Positions 20,109 through 30,478 of a stretch of DNA of 64,000 nucleotides are shown piece after piece. A program made the position numbers and the translations under genes. The stretch covers positions 288,001 through 352,000 of the forward strand of contig CAWCYD010000003.1 of assembly GCA_963799775.1 (NCBI GenBank). Direction: 5' to 3'. The notes under the pieces were generated by a model. It made no database searches. It saw only the letters and a program-made list of their open reading frames with translations, and was not told the origin of the DNA. The stretch is from an uncultured archaeon. Lineage in GTDB: Archaea > Thermoproteota > Nitrososphaeria > Nitrososphaerales > Gagatemarchaeaceae. Each line of letters opens with the position of its first letter. Position 1 is the stretch's first letter.

Positions 20109-20987
20109 TTAGGCCGCCTGCGGGGCTTGCTCTCCCGAAGGCGTTTCATCCAGTTTCATCGTGGCGATCGCGCTGGAGATCGCCTGTGCCGCAATCTCCC
20201 TTTCCTTTGTCAACTGCGACCTTTCCCGCCGCGCGGTCTGCGTCTCAGCCAGCTTGTTCCTAGCTGACTCGAGCCTTTGCTCTATCTCCAGCAACCCATC
20301 CTCCCCTCCGGCAGACCTCCCTTTCTTCCGCGACCGCTCTATCTCTGCCTCCACCCCGGCAAGCTTGGTCTCTAGCTCCGCGACTCGCTCTTTAGCGGCC
20401 TCGGTGGATGGGCCCGTTCTCAGCACCCTCGTGAAGAACGTCCTAGACTGCCTTGAATTCTCCATCTCCTTCAGCCTCTCCTTCTCCTCCCTCAATTGCT
20501 TGGCGCGCCTGTCTCTGTCCTCTCGTAGCGAGGCCAGCCTCTCGGCTGCCTTTCTTTGCGCTTCTTCGAGCGCGCTCTGGGCGTCCGCCTCGTCTCGGAC
20601 AAGCCCCTCGATTTCCTCATCTAGGTCCGAGCCAGGAGAAGATACCTTGAGCAGGCTAGAGGCCTCTTGGCGCCTCGCTCGAAAGTCCTCAGTGACCCTC
20701 TCGGCCCCGACCTTGTCTTGAAAGTCATCCAGGAGCGAGTCGAAGTTCCGCACCCAGTCCTCCAGGTCGTAACCACCGGGCTCCGTCGAGAGGGCCTGAT
20801 GTCCTAGGCGGTCGAGTGCCAGCATTGTCCGAGAGCGGACCTGCTCGAGGTCCACGCTGCCTTGGTCCTGGAGATAGGCTCTCCTGTGCGTATGGAACTC
20901 CTGCTTCTTGCGCTTCTGTTTCTTCTCTCTTGAGGAGAACCCCTTCGTCCCGGACCGGGTCCTCCCAGTCTCGCTGCCGAAGCTCAA
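20109..20987 (-). CDS. coiled-coil hypothetical protein
   Basis: 292 aa, E/K/R-rich with heptad character. Confidence 0.7.
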   Translation of the reverse strand: MSFGSETGRTRSGTKGFSSREKKQKRKKQEFHTHRRAYLQDQGSVDLEQVRSRTMLALDRLGHQALSTEPGGYDLEDWVRNFDSLLDDFQDKVGAERVTEDFRARRQEASSLLKVSSPGSDLDEEIEGLVRDEADAQSALEEAQRKAAERLASLREDRDRRAKQLREEKERLKEMENSRQSRTFFTRVLRTGPSTEAAKERVAELETKLAGVEAEIERSRKKGRSAGGEDGLLEIEQRLESARNKLAETQTARRERSQLTKEREIAAQAISSAIATMKLDETPSGEQAPQAA

Positions 20988-21109
20988 AGAATCTGCACCC
21001 TGCCACAGGTCTCCGACGTTTAAAGGTGAAGGACGGCTCGAAAGCCTGCCCTCCGACTAGCGGATCGAGCAAGACAAAAATAGTGCTCGGCGAACTCCGG
21101 AGCGTCGTG

Positions 21110-21283
21110 ATGGCGGAGCAAAAGCTGGCGCCCGTGCTCAAGCCCCTTTACAGAATCTTCAAGGTCGCTAACCTTGAGAACCTCATCAAGAGGCTGCTGA
21201 AGCTCGTCTTCACGGTGGTCCTCCTGATCCCGCTGGTCATTCTCCCCCTCTACTTCTTCTTCTTCACGCTGCTCCATGTCTGA
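21110..21283 (+). CDS. small membrane protein (57 aa)
   Basis: MAEQKLAPVLKPLYRIFK..., C-terminal hydrophobic helix, GC-rich third positions. Confidence 0.55.
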   Translation: MAEQKLAPVLKPLYRIFKVANLENLIKRLLKLVFTVVLLIPLVILPLYFFFFTLLHV

Positions 21284-21347
21284 TGCGCGAACAGTTCCCT
21301 AAGTCTTCTCAAGCGCCCCCACGCACCCTGGTGATCGTGACTGGGCC

Positions 21348-21809
21348 TCAGGAGAGCCTCGCTATCGCAGCTTTGATGGCTCCCGCCACGTCAGACATCT
21401 CTTTCTCGCTCAGCTTCATCCTCGTGAACCTTCCCTTGTCCTGAAGCTTGCTCGGGATCACGTGGACATGTACGTGCGCGACGGCCTGGTTCGCGGCCTC
21501 ACCGTTGTTCTGCATGATCCTGAACCCGTCCGCGTTCATGGCCTCCACCACTCCCATGGAGACCTTGGAGGCGGCCTTGAAGACGGCCGAGATCTCGTGC
21601 TCGTCCATGTCCCAAAGGATCTCCCCGTGCTTCTTCGGGCATACCAAGGTGTGGCCTGGCGAGAAGGGGTTGATGTCCAGGAAGGCCACGTGACCCTCAT
21701 CCTCGTAGACCATGTAGGATGGGAGCTTCCTCGCGACGATCTTGCAGAAGACGCAGTCTTCCTGAGGGACGCTGGCCGAGTTGTAAATCCGCTTCGTGGA
21801 CGTCTTCAA
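21348..21809 (-). CDS. HIT-family hydrolase
   Basis: DCVFCKI, FLDINP, GHTLV, HVHVHVIP. Confidence 0.95.
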   Translation of the reverse strand: MKTSTKRIYNSASVPQEDCVFCKIVARKLPSYMVYEDEGHVAFLDINPFSPGHTLVCPKKHGEILWDMDEHEISAVFKAASKVSMGVVEAMNADGFRIMQNNGEAANQAVAHVHVHVIPSKLQDKGRFTRMKLSEKEMSDVAGAIKAAIARLS

Positions 21810-21910
21810 GGGGGGCTTTCACCTCCTCTCGATTTTTGTTCTAAACCTTTCCCTGCGCGCTGGGAAACGATATAACGGAAGGACTGTCGGGATGGAAAGA
21901 AGCGATCTAC

Positions 21911-22120
21911 GTGCGGTCATCCAAAGGGACTTCAGGCACCGGGGGCGTCAGGACGATGCTCGCCCTCTTCGCCGTCTTGGCGATCGCAGGGGTGCTGACA
22001 CTTGCCATCTCAGTCGTCCTCGGGCTGGTCCTCCTCATAGTAGCCGAGGTGTTCTTCGCCATGGCCTACCGCAGGTTCTCCAAGAGCCCGAAGACGGGAA
22101 GTCAGGCTCCGGCGGGCTGA
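21911..22120 (+). CDS. small membrane protein
   Basis: 69 aa with a long hydrophobic hairpin. Confidence 0.55.
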   Translation: MRSSKGTSGTGGVRTMLALFAVLAIAGVLTLAISVVLGLVLLIVAEVFFAMAYRRFSKSPKTGSQAPAG

Positions 22121-22602
22121 TCTCTCGCCTTTGGCTTGTTGGTCCACCTTCCCGCTGCCGGATGGCCTGAACTGACCGCGACGAACGTGCCCCGGAGCTT
22201 TGCCGTCACGTCGTCGCCCGCCCTGAGGATGGACTCGGTCACCACCTTCCTGCCGACCGTATCTCTCACCCTCGCCTCTAGCAGCAGTGGGCCGATGGGG
22301 GTGGGCTTCAGGAACTCCACGTAGAGAGACGAGGTCACGGTCGACGGCGGCACCTCGGCGCCCGTCTTCAACATCAGGGAATACGCGCTCGCCCAGTTGC
22401 CGTGGCAATCGAGAATCGTGGAGATTATCCCGCCGTTGAGGAATCCGCCGAACGCGTGATGGAAGGGCTTCGGTGTCCATCTTGCCACCACGCTATCTCC
22501 CTCGACGATGCTTCGGATCTTCAGGCCGTGGATGTTCGCGGGACCACAACCGAAGCAGACGCTATCGGGCGCATACGTTTCCTGCAGGCTGAGCTTCTTC
22601 AT
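22102..22602 (-). CDS. PaaI-family (hotdog) thioesterase
   Basis: CFGCGPANIHGL, LNGGIISTILDCH, YVEFLKPTP. Confidence 0.9.
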   Translation of the reverse strand: MKKLSLQETYAPDSVCFGCGPANIHGLKIRSIVEGDSVVARWTPKPFHHAFGGFLNGGIISTILDCHGNWASAYSLMLKTGAEVPPSTVTSSLYVEFLKPTPIGPLLLEARVRDTVGRKVVTESILRAGDDVTAKLRGTFVAVSSGHPAAGRWTNKPKARDQPAGA

Positions 22603-22650
22603 CTCCGAGCTCCTGCGACTTTGGCCGTATTATTCTGTCCGGCACCTCCA

Positions 22651-23948
22651 GGCTTTGGGACGTAATTAACCGCACCCTTGTTGGATAGCTGTCAAGGCTT
22701 TGAATTATGGGTCTGGGACCAGACTCCGTCACCGCGTTGAGAATCTGTTGCTACACCGCTGATTAAAAGGAGGCCTTTGCGTTCCATGGGGCGTTGGGCG
22801 AGCAGGAGGACAAGGACCATCATCGGCGCACCGTAGACGAGCTGAGGGGTCTCGTCAAATCCGTCAGGTCGGGAGAGTTCGAGTACGACGAGAGGCCGAG
22901 GAGATCGCTCGACTGGTCCTCCGACACGGAGGCGCAGGCATACGAGCTCGCGGACATGCTCTACAACATCACGAAACTGGTCGACGAGGCGGTCAACCGG
23001 ATACCCGTCGAAGACCTGGAGAGGAAAGGGCGCGTTGGGAGGCCTCCCACCTACTCCCCTGGAGACGTCGCGAAGGTCCTCCTGATGCAGTCTTACTTCG
23101 GCGTCTCGAACCGGGTGGCCGCAGGGCTCGCGCTAGTCTTCAAGGAGAAGCTCCGCCTCGCCGATACGTTCTCCTACAAGACGATAGAGAGGGCGTACGA
23201 CCCGGGCCCCGTCACCAAGATACTCCAGGAGGTCTTCAGGCTCACCAACGAGTACGGGAACGCGAACGAGGACACCTTCTCCTTCGACGGGACTGGCGAG
23301 CCCACGTCGACGAAGGTCAACTACGAGACGGTCCGTTCGGAGCAGAAGAGGAAGGAGGACGGTGATGACGACCCGACGGGTTCCTGGCCGTCGCCGTCGT
23401 CGTCGAGGAGGCAGCACGTGTTCCAGTACTCGGAGTCGTCGGTGGGCGTCCACACGAAGATCTTCGGAGGCTCCGTCTCGACAGATGGCTACTCGGTGGG
23501 CGAGCTCCTGATGTTCCCGTCGGTCCTCTCGCAGACGCGGATCAACTGCCCTGACATCAAGGAAGTGCTCGGTGATGGGCTCTACTCGACGAGGCCAGCA
23601 TGCTCGATGGTCGCAGCAGCAGGTGCGAGGCCATACTTCTTCCCCAAGGTCAACTCGATCTACCTGAGCCACGGAGTCCCGTCCTGGAAGGAGATGATGC
23701 ACTCGTTTGTCGAAGACACTCAACAGTGGCTAAGGCAGTACCACATGCGCTCGATATCGGAGACGGCCAACTCGATGGACAAGAGGAGGTTCCCGTGGAA
23801 GCTGAAGAAGAGGCTCGCTTGGAGGAAGGACGTGGAGTCGTTCCTGAGGAGGGACGTCCACAACATCAGGCAGTACTCGTACCTGTGTTACCTGGAGCCA
23901 GACCTCATCAAGAAGATGAGGTTCTGAAAATAATTACGTCCCAAAGCC
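22651..23948 (+). mobile_element. IS5-family (IS903-like) insertion sequence (1298 bp)
   Basis: Perfect 18-bp TIR GGCTTTGGGACGTAATTA (22651-22668, 23931-23948); 9-bp TSD GCACCTCCA (22642-22650, 23949-23957). Confidence 0.92.
22794..23927 (+). CDS. DDE transposase (IS5/IS903-like), intact
   Basis: FDGTG, LGDGLYS, YHMRSISETANSMDK (Y-x2-R-x3-E-x6-K signature). Confidence 0.88.
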   Translation: MGEQEDKDHHRRTVDELRGLVKSVRSGEFEYDERPRRSLDWSSDTEAQAYELADMLYNITKLVDEAVNRIPVEDLERKGRVGRPPTYSPGDVAKVLLMQSYFGVSNRVAAGLALVFKEKLRLADTFSYKTIERAYDPGPVTKILQEVFRLTNEYGNANEDTFSFDGTGEPTSTKVNYETVRSEQKRKEDGDDDPTGSWPSPSSSRRQHVFQYSESSVGVHTKIFGGSVSTDGYSVGELLMFPSVLSQTRINCPDIKEVLGDGLYSTRPACSMVAAAGARPYFFPKVNSIYLSHGVPSWKEMMHSFVEDTQQWLRQYHMRSISETANSMDKRRFPWKLKKRLAWRKDVESFLRRDVHNIRQYSYLCYLEPDLIKKMRF

Positions 23949-23968
23949 GCACCTCCATGGCCGCTTAA

Positions 23969-24208
23969 ATGCGAGGCGAAGATTCTCCATCGGCGATACT
24001 GGTGAGGCGGGGCCTTTGCTTCAGGTGCAGAAAGGAAATCGGCGGACTCTTCAGACCTACCTCATGGAGATGCGCCGTCTGCGAACACCTCTATTGCGAG
24101 AGGTGCGCGAGAGACAGGGTGGGCCTGATATTCAAGAAACCGGTCTGCCCAGAATGCAGGGTCGAGCTCACAGAGGGCTCGAAGCAACCGGCTTTCTCTA
24201 GGGGCTGA
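23969..24208 (+). CDS. small multi-CxxC zinc-finger protein
   Basis: CFRC...CAVC...CERC...CPEC in 79 aa. Confidence 0.7.
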   Translation: MRGEDSPSAILVRRGLCFRCRKEIGGLFRPTSWRCAVCEHLYCERCARDRVGLIFKKPVCPECRVELTEGSKQPAFSRG

Positions 24209-24668
24209 ACTCGACAGACCCGACCCATGTGACCGTCTGGGAGAGGCTGTCGGTCACCTTGATGGTATACGTGCAGACCGAACCGACCTGTTGAGCAGCC
24301 GGGGAAAGCGGGACGCTCCCTGAGCCCTTGGACGAATCGAACGTGAACGGGATGTAGGTGTACGTGGTCGCCTCTCCCTGCGTGGAGTTCGGCATCGTGC
24401 AGAGGCGCGAACCAGCGACGGAAGAGATCTGCGTGGAGAAAGCGACCGTGAAATATGCCGTCACGAGCGACTGGTTTTGCGTGACCTTTGTGAGGGCGCC
24501 CTGGCGCAGAGCGTTTCCCTGAGACGCGGTCCCCCAGTAAACAGATGAGATGACGGGCGTCGACTGGGCGCTCTGCCCGGGTGAGAAGCTCGAGAGCACG
24601 AGGACGACCGCCACCAGGGCGACGAGCTGGATGGTCACGATCGCTACCTCGCCACGCTCTAGCTTCAT
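24198..24668 (-). CDS. secreted or membrane-anchored hypothetical protein
   Basis: N-terminal TM followed by an S/T-rich beta-type domain. Confidence 0.65.
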   Translation of the reverse strand: MKLERGEVAIVTIQLVALVAVVLVLSSFSPGQSAQSTPVISSVYWGTASQGNALRQGALTKVTQNQSLVTAYFTVAFSTQISSVAGSRLCTMPNSTQGEATTYTYIPFTFDSSKGSGSVPLSPAAQQVGSVCTYTIKVTDSLSQTVTWVGSVEFSP

Positions 24669-24731
24669 AGGGCTCTACTCCCCCCGCTGCGCCTCGTGCG
24701 AATATACGTTGGCCCGGCTCTCCAGGGTGCC

Positions 24732-25827
24732 TCAGGCCGGGCCCTTGCGTAGCGCTTCAAGGAACCTGTCGTCGATGTCCTCGGTCGCGATGGTGAGCCG
24801 CAAGCAATCAGCTATGCCGGAGCCCTTGCCATAGCTCCGGAGCACCAGCCCCTTTTTCATCAGAGAGGCCTGCAATCGGCCCGCCCGTGCCGGTCCCCCT
24901 CGCACGCGGAACAGGATGAAGTTCGTCTCGCTCGGGAAAGGCTGGACGAGGCCTTCCCTCTCCAGTGCATCAAAGACCCTCCTCCTCTCACGGACGATCT
25001 TCCTGACGTTCGACCGCATCTCTCCGAGGTTCCTGAGCGCTGCCTCGGCCAGCATTATCGAGATCACGCTGAGGCTGTTGGGGGGCCTGACAAGGTTGAG
25101 CTGGTCGGCGGTCTCGCGCTTCGCGACGAGATACCCTACCCTGACTCCCGCCATTGAGAAGGCCTTCGAGAAGTGGCCTGCAGACGACGAGGTTCCCATA
25201 TTTCTCCGTCAGGTCGATAGCAGACTTGCCCCAGAACTCGAAGTATGCCTCATCGATCGCGACGGTCGAAGACGTCCCCTTCACTATCCTCTCGACCTCA
25301 GAGAGGGGCATAGGGTTGCCTGTCGGGCTGTTTGGGTTGCAGAGGAAGATCAGCGTCGTCTTTGGCGTCACGGCTCCAAGGATCTGGTCCGAGGTGATCG
25401 AAAAATCGTCGGCGTCCCTTCGGACGTATCTCACGCGCGCTCCCATGAGTTCCACGACGACCCTGAACATCGAGTAAGTGGGGGCGGGGACCACCGCCTC
25501 GTCGCCGTTGTCAAGGACCGCCTTGCCTATCAGGTCGAGCCCTTCGTCGGCTCCGTTCGTGACGACGAAACGGTCCAGGTCGGCTCCGCAGTAGGCGGAC
25601 AGGCCCTCCCTTATCCCCAGGTAGGTGGTATCCGGATACTGGTTGACAGGAAGCTTGGGGGCAAGCTTTGCGAGACTTCTCAGCTCCGGGACAGGCGCGT
25701 ACGGCGAGGTGTTCGTGTCGAGCCTTGCTATCTGATCAGTCCGGAGGCCGACCTTCTTGGCGATTTCGTGGCTTGGCGTCTCCCAGCCGTATGCCTCGAA
25801 GCCGTCAAAGATCTTGCGGATCCTCAT
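24732..25827 (-). CDS. hisC: histidinol-phosphate aminotransferase (frameshift ~25185)
   Basis: LDTNTSPY, TNGADEGL, LCNPNSPTG, IDEAYFEF, FSKAFSMAGVRVGY. Confidence 0.9.
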
Positions 25828-25883
25828 CGTCCCTCGTTCTTCCGCGTTCCCGCGTTGGCGAATTAAAGTTGTCCAGTAGCGCT

Positions 25884-26408
25884 TCAGGCGCTGTTCTGGA
25901 ACCTTGCCATGAGGTTCCTGTTCCAGAGACGAGCCGCGATTAGCCCTCCGATGCCTCCGCTCACGACACCAAAGATGAGCACCGTCAAGTCGAGGAAGAA
26001 GTCATTCGGGACCAGCTTCAGGACGCTGACGGCGGTGACGTAGTAGGCGACGAACCCCACGATGCCGGTGCTAATCGTCATGGCCAAGGTGAGCCTCCAG
26101 GCCCTGGCGCGAGACCCGTCCTTCACCCTCATGGCGAGGCAGAGGGCGTCTACCATCACGCCAAACATCAGCGAGAAGACGAGGTCATAGGGAAAGAATG
26201 ACAGCTTCACGGCCGTTATCAACAGCCCGCTGACCAATCCCACATAGGTCGCCCCTCCCATCCCCACTATGAGGTAGCTCAGGGCGAGGAGGATGGCCTG
26301 GAAGATGATGAGGTAGTCCGAGCTGGGCGCCGGGATGAACCCGTTGATGGCAAGGATGAGTACCCCGAAAAGACTCGCGAGGGCGATCCTCCTCGTGCTT
26401 GACGCCAA
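25884..26408 (-). CDS. membrane protein, ECF S-component-like
   Basis: 174 aa, 5-6 TM, N-terminal TRRIALASLF typical of S-components (inference). Confidence 0.55.
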   Translation of the reverse strand: MASSTRRIALASLFGVLILAINGFIPAPSSDYLIIFQAILLALSYLIVGMGGATYVGLVSGLLITAVKLSFFPYDLVFSLMFGVMVDALCLAMRVKDGSRARAWRLTLAMTISTGIVGFVAYYVTAVSVLKLVPNDFFLDLTVLIFGVVSGGIGGLIAARLWNRNLMARFQNSA

Positions 26409-26445
26409 CCATCTGGCCAGTTTTGGTAGGGGATTTAAGGCTTAA

Positions 26446-26459
26446 CTAACGTTCGTTAG
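26446..26459. promoter_or_regulatory. palindromic candidate TetR operator
   Basis: CTAACG-TT-CGTTAG between the divergent membrane gene and tetR, next to an AT-rich TATA-like element. Confidence 0.6.
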
Positions 26460-26477
26460 GTTTTGCGTCCTCCCTCT

Positions 26478-26499
26478 CGACGGATGTCAACATCCGTCG
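26478..26499. repeat. perfect 10-bp inverted repeat
   Basis: CGACGGATGT-CA-ACATCCGTCG. Confidence 0.75.
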
Positions 26500-26554
26500 T
26501 CGGTCGCACGCTGCACAAGCGTTAATAGAACAAGGCGAACTCGTGCTAGCGGCA

Positions 26555-27142
26555 ATGCAGGTCCAGAAGAGCAAGCCAGGCCCGAACGAGATCCTCGCCG
26601 TGGCAGCTCGTCTCTTCGCCCAGAAGGGGTACTCGAACGTCTCGATCCGCGACGTCTGCAAGGAGGCGAAGACCACGGCCCCGATGATCTACTACTACTT
26701 CAAGGACAAGAAGAGCCTCTTTCGCGCCGCGGTCTCGGACAAGCTCAGCCTCCGCCGCTTCATCATCCCGCTTCGGCAGACCCTCGAGTTGAGCGACGTC
26801 CCCAAGGCGGTCGCCTCCTTCGTGAAGATCTATCTCACTTCGTTCCCGGAAGCCGCCTTCGACCCCGGCCTCTACATGAGGGAGACGGCGAAGCTGGACA
26901 ACCGCAGCGCCGAGCTGGTGAGCAGACAGCTCGACGAGGTCCAGACCATCGCCACCTCGCTCGTCCAGAAGGGCGTGAGGACGGGCGCCTTCAGGACCGG
27001 CAGGCCCGACGAGGCAGCGGATTGCCTTATCGGGATGTTGAACCACGTTCTGTTCCAGAGGATACACTTCTCAAAGTCGTTGGACATCGAGCGCAAGGGG
27101 GAGGCGATAACCTCGTTCTTCCTGAGCGCGATGAGGCCCTAG
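26555..27142 (+). CDS. TetR/AcrR-family transcriptional regulator
   Basis: ILAVAARLFAQKGYSNVSIRDVC...MIYYYFKDKKSL HTH. Confidence 0.95.
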   Translation: MQVQKSKPGPNEILAVAARLFAQKGYSNVSIRDVCKEAKTTAPMIYYYFKDKKSLFRAAVSDKLSLRRFIIPLRQTLELSDVPKAVASFVKIYLTSFPEAAFDPGLYMRETAKLDNRSAELVSRQLDEVQTIATSLVQKGVRTGAFRTGRPDEAADCLIGMLNHVLFQRIHFSKSLDIERKGEAITSFFLSAMRP

Positions 27143-27145
27143 TCT

Positions 27146-30000
27146 TCACCAGAACGGGCGCGTCTCGATGAACTTTAGCTTCGCATCGAGAAGCTCCTTG
27201 TAGAAGGTCTCCTCGTCTTCGTGCATCTTGGCGAGTATCCTCGCTGCCGTCTGAGGCCCCACCCCGTAGACAGCCTGGGCGACGATGGCCCTTCGCCCGT
27301 ATGACAAGACGAGGTCTGCGGCTCTCCTGGCCTTCGCGAGCTCGGCCCGCTCGTCGTCGTTCGGAGGCGAGGCCGCGGCCATCCTCTTCCTGAGGAGGCC
27401 CAACACGGTGCCCGAACTCCAGAAGCACGGCGTCAGCAACCCTGACGAGCAGCTCTTGCAACGCGGCTCTTCGGCCACCTCGCCGATCGTTGCAATTCCC
27501 TGAGGTTCGCCGCACTTCATGCACACGAGCTCGACCGAGGTGGTGTAGATGCTCAGCCTCATCTTCTCGATCGTCGTCTTGGCGAGGGAGTCGGGCGCTA
27601 TCAGCTCCGGCGCCTCTAGGTATCTGTAGAGGATGCTGTACGCTATCGGAGATGGTCGCTCCTTCGAGAGGTGCGTCTCGACCGTGACCTCCCCTGCGGC
27701 GACCTTGACAAGGAACTGCTTCGCGCGGGGCATGTCTATCATGTCCCGACCCGTCTCTTGCAGGGCCTCCTCGAAGATCGGGGTGTTCTCGAACCGGGTC
27801 GGGAGCGAGCAGAGGTTCGGATGGGCGATGAACTGACCCCGCCTGAGCGCGCCGAACCTTTCGGCTATCTGCTTCACCCTCGCGGGAAACGGGAAGTTCC
27901 TCTGCGCCGCGACCGCGTAGGTCTTCTCGAACTCCTCTGGACTCATCCCGATGAGCTCCTTGGAAAGGCTCTTCAGGTCGATGTCCTCTGTGTCGGTCGT
28001 CAGTTCGATCAGTATCCTGTAGCCGTCCATGTACCATAACCTGATGAGTCCTTTGCGGGAGACTGAACCTCTTCGAAGGTGTAGGCCAGCAGCCGGTTCA
28101 CTTTCTCGCCGAAGCAAGAGTGGATTATCAGGTACTTTTGCCATCCTTCGAAGAGCACGAGCTTGTCCGAGGGCAGAGGTATCCCGAGGCCTATGTGCTC
28201 AGAGATCTCGTCCGCGACCAGCTTCGAGCCGGCTGCGTTCACCGGAAACTCTGTGCTGAATGCGCCTGAAGCCTCCTCCTCGCTCGGCACCTCGTGAATC
28301 AGGTCTGCCACCCTCTTCCTGAGCTCTCCGCTCTTCTGGGCGAGTCCGAACGGCACGGGGAGCATCTCGCCGTCCCATCCAGGCACGGCGGCGAGAGGGT
28401 CCTCGATGGAGGTCACGTAGATCTTCCTGTCGTTGGCGATCTTCTCTATCTGCCAGATCTTTCCCTTTAGGATGAAGTGGAGGCCCACCTTCGCCTGGAG
28501 CAGAACGAACTCCTCTCCGAGTATCCCCACAGCTTGGTTCGTTGCCACGTCGACCACGAAGTATCTCGTCTCGTCCGGGATCGTCGAGAGGTTCTCGTAG
28601 TAATACTCCCTCGTAGCCCGCGTCCTAGAGAGCCTCTCTCCGTCCAACCTTATCTTGCGGATCTCACTCAGATAGCTGATGACCCTTCCCAGGGTCTCGT
28701 CGTCGAGGTCGCGGTAGGGGTAGCAGGCCCTGAGCTCTGAGAGGAGCGTCTTGCGCTCGACGCTGTCGTAGTCCATGAGGTATCCGGCGACCTGGTGGGA
28801 GAGCACGTCGAGGCTCTTCTCATACGGCGCGGTCTCCTCCATCCTTCCGTTCGTCGCCTCGACTATGGCAGCCGTCGACTCTAGGACGTCGTCTGCGCTC
28901 ACGGCCAGTAGAACCCCCTTCGAGTGGCGCTGGAGGCTGTGACCCGACCTCCCCACCCTTTGGATCAGCGACGTGACCTGTCTCGGAGACATGTATTGGA
29001 TCACGAGGTCGACCGAGCCTATGTCTATCCCCAGCTCCAGCGTGGAGGTGCAGACGAGTGCGCGAACCTGGCCGGTCCTGAAAGCGTTCTCCACCCGTTC
29101 TCTCTCCTCGCGCGGAAGGGAGCCGTGGTGCACCCCGACGTCCCCGCGCATCCTGTTCAGCTTCTCGCCGAGCATCTCGGCGGTGGTCCTGCTGTTGACG
29201 AAGATCAAGGTCGACCTGTTCGCCTCGATCAGCTCGCTCATCTTCGAGAGCCTCGAGGCCATGTCTATGCCGGCGAAGGCGTCTCTCGAGACAGCGGCGT
29301 CCTCGGGCCTCGGCGTCGTGTACTCCACGAGGTAGCCTACTTTCTTCGGAGCGTAAGCCTGGACTATGTGGTGCTCTCCCCCAGGGCCGAAGATGAAATC
29401 CGCCGCCACCCGGGGGCTGCCGACCGTGGCCGAGAGCGCGACCACCTGATATCTTCCCGCGACCTTCCTCAGGCGCTGCAGGCCGACCGTCAGCTGCACC
29501 CCCCTCTTGCTCTCGACGAGGTTGTGAAGCTCGTCCACGACCACCGCCTTCACGTCCGCCAGGCTCACGCGCATCCGCCGACCGGGTAGCATCGCCTGGA
29601 GCGTCTCTGGCGTGGTGACTAGGACGTCCGGCGGATTCCTCGACTGTTTCTCCCTCTGGGATTGTGGCGTGTCTCCGTGCCTCACGTCAAGGGTGAGGGA
29701 GAGCTTCGTGCACCAGAACTGCAACCTACGCAACATATCCCTGTTAAGGGCTCTGAGCGGTGTGATGTAGAGGAGTGAGATGCCATGCCGGGGACCGCTC
29801 CTGACCAGGTTGCTCAGGAGAGGCAGTATGGCCGCTTCCGTCTTGCCCGACCCCGTCGGAGCTACGACCAGGACGTCCTTGCCTTGCAAGATTAGGGGGA
29901 TGGCCTCGACCTGGGGAGGTGTCGGGTCGCCGATTCCGCCCTCCGTCAGGAGCGCCCTGACCGGCTCGGCGAGAGACTCGAAGACCCCTGCGTTTGCCAT
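27146..30000 (-). CDS. lhr: Lhr-like DEAD/H ATP-dependent helicase with C-terminal Zn finger (frameshift ~28070)
   Basis: APTGSGKT, DELH, SAT, HHGSL, TSTLELGIDIG, QRVGRSGH; C-terminal CMKC...CKSC and GVGPQTAARIL. Confidence 0.93.
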
Positions 30001-30437
30001 CAGCCCACGCTTCCTCTGCCGATCACGGAGGCTTGCTTTGCGCAATCCTCGCACTCGCAGATCTCAAGGAGGTAGTCGTAGGGGTAGATCCCGCTGCTGT
30101 GCCTGTCCGACCAGACGAAGGAGATGGCGTAACGCCCAATCATCGAGTACCTTACCGCCAGCACGCCCTCGGGCGCCGAGAGTGTGAGAGGGATCACCAA
30201 GGAGGTCCCTATAGCCGGTGGCTCGCCTTTGCAGATCGCACAAGGGCACGCCTCACGTAGAGACTTGTTCTGGTGAATGGACTTGTGCCCATCGCTCCAC
30301 TCGATCACGACCTGGGTGGGGCTGAGCGCGACTTTTCTTGGGATAGGCAAATCGAAGAGGGCCTCGTTGCTTTGTTCCTCTTCGACCTGCTCGTCCTTGA
30401 TAAGTCTTGGGAGGCGAATCGCACAATCTTGAGGCAA
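30000..30437 (-). CDS. DUF971/GBBH-N-like domain protein (start uncertain)
   Basis: IEWSDGH, LREACPCAIC, GRYAISFVWSDRHSSGIY; its stop overlaps the lhr start. Confidence 0.85.
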   Translation of the reverse strand: MPQDCAIRLPRLIKDEQVEEEQSNEALFDLPIPRKVALSPTQVVIEWSDGHKSIHQNKSLREACPCAICKGEPPAIGTSLVIPLTLSAPEGVLAVRYSMIGRYAISFVWSDRHSSGIYPYDYLLEICECEDCAKQASVIGRGSVG

Positions 30438-30478
30438 GGTTTATCGGGCTCTCTCCGTCGGCGAGCTTCGTATCTCAC

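Noticed and set aside
24916-25866. Long antisense and alternative-frame ORFs (for example 24916-25866, 27027-28037, 48278-49024)
   Set aside because: They are shadows of well-supported genes in GC-rich DNA and carry no recognisable motifs.
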